DNA of 63,238 nt, the filler included, from Octopus bimaculoides (taxonomy: Eukaryota): NCBI RefSeq assembly GCF_001194135.2. It is 7 parts of 7 records of this genome, joined end to end, with 100 filler letters (N's around TTAATTAATTAA, not from the genome) between each part and the next. Parts side by side here need not be neighbours in the genome. Positions count along the whole stretch, not along the records: positions 57,321 to 63,238 come from NC_068985.1; 6 more parts are not named here. One strand, 5' to 3'. The notes below the pieces were generated by a model that searched no databases, was not told the DNA's origin, and worked only from the letters and a program-made list of their open reading frames with translations. This document shows, piece after piece, positions 62,745-63,238 of the stretch; within the stretch, counting starts at the first letter, position 1; each line of letters starts with the position of its first letter. A program made the position numbers and the translations under genes.

Positions 62745-63130
62745 TCTTTTACTTCTTTCAGTCATTTGACTGTGGCCATGCAGGAGCATCCCTTTTAGTC
62801 GAAGAAATCTACCCCAGGACTTATTCTTTGTAAGCCTAGTACTTATTCTATCGATCTCTTTTGCCAAACCGCTAAGTTTCGGGGACGTAGACACATCGGT
62901 TGTCAAATGGTTGGTGGAGGGCAAGCACAGACACACACATACACATACACGCACACGCATATATATACGACGGGCTTCTTTCAGTTTTTGTCTACGAAAT
63001 TCAGTCACAAGGCTTTGGTCGGCCCAAGGCTGTAGTAGCAGAGACTTGCCCAAGATGACACGCAGTGGGACTGAACCTAGAACCATGTGGTTGGGAAGCA
63101 AGCTTCTAACCACTCAGCCACGCCTGCGCC
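62745..63130 (-). mobile_element. Complete family A/C SINE with internal (CA/TA) microsatellite
   Basis: tRNA-like head ends at 63130 (minus), microsatellite at ~62925-62970, C tail to 62745. Confidence 0.9.
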
Positions 63131-63238
63131 TATATATGTATGCAGGCATAATATAAATGCTATATATATGTATAAACATATATATGTATATACATATATA
63201 TGTATATAATATAAATATATGTTGTTTATTATATATAT

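Noticed and set aside
1-63238. CRISPR arrays, operons, prophage or other prokaryotic systems
   Set aside because: No repeat-spacer periodicity and no dense ORFs; the content is metazoan.

Overview
AT-rich, microsatellite-saturated, gappy animal genomic DNA. The SINE, LINE and DNA-transposon repertoire and the TTAGGG motif fit an octopod cephalopod (Octopus-like) draft assembly; this is inference, no database search was run. I can support no intact protein-coding gene, rRNA, true tRNA or CRISPR array. Nearly all long ORFs in the supplied track are simple-repeat or N-gap artefacts. Recognisable coding remnants are all transposon-derived: Helitron PIF1-type helicase (18.1-19.0 kb and 0.35-1.4 kb, minus), maT/mariner (10.8-11.6 kb; 28.8 kb), RLE-type R4/Dong-like LINE ends (20.2-21.4 kb), Tc1 DD34E (44.4-45.2 kb), a hAT element with TIRs and an 8-bp TSD (46.8-48.8 kb), an RTE LINE fragment (54.9-55.1 kb) and a long Penelope-like RT (55.9-57.2 kb). 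There are more than 25 copies of tRNA-derived SINEs; family letters A-G are my own labels. Six 100-bp N44-TTAATTAATTAA-N44 blocks are artificial scaffold linkers. The most interesting unexplained signals are a tRNA-like Pol III head fused to a hammerhead-ribozyme core (28.55-28.73 kb), three long fold-back hairpins (22.5, 37.6 and 43.1 kb), a hairpin-rich tandem cassette (42.6-43.4 kb) and a few candidate minus-strand exons or microexons. Repeat boundaries are approximate unless a TSD or exact match is quoted.
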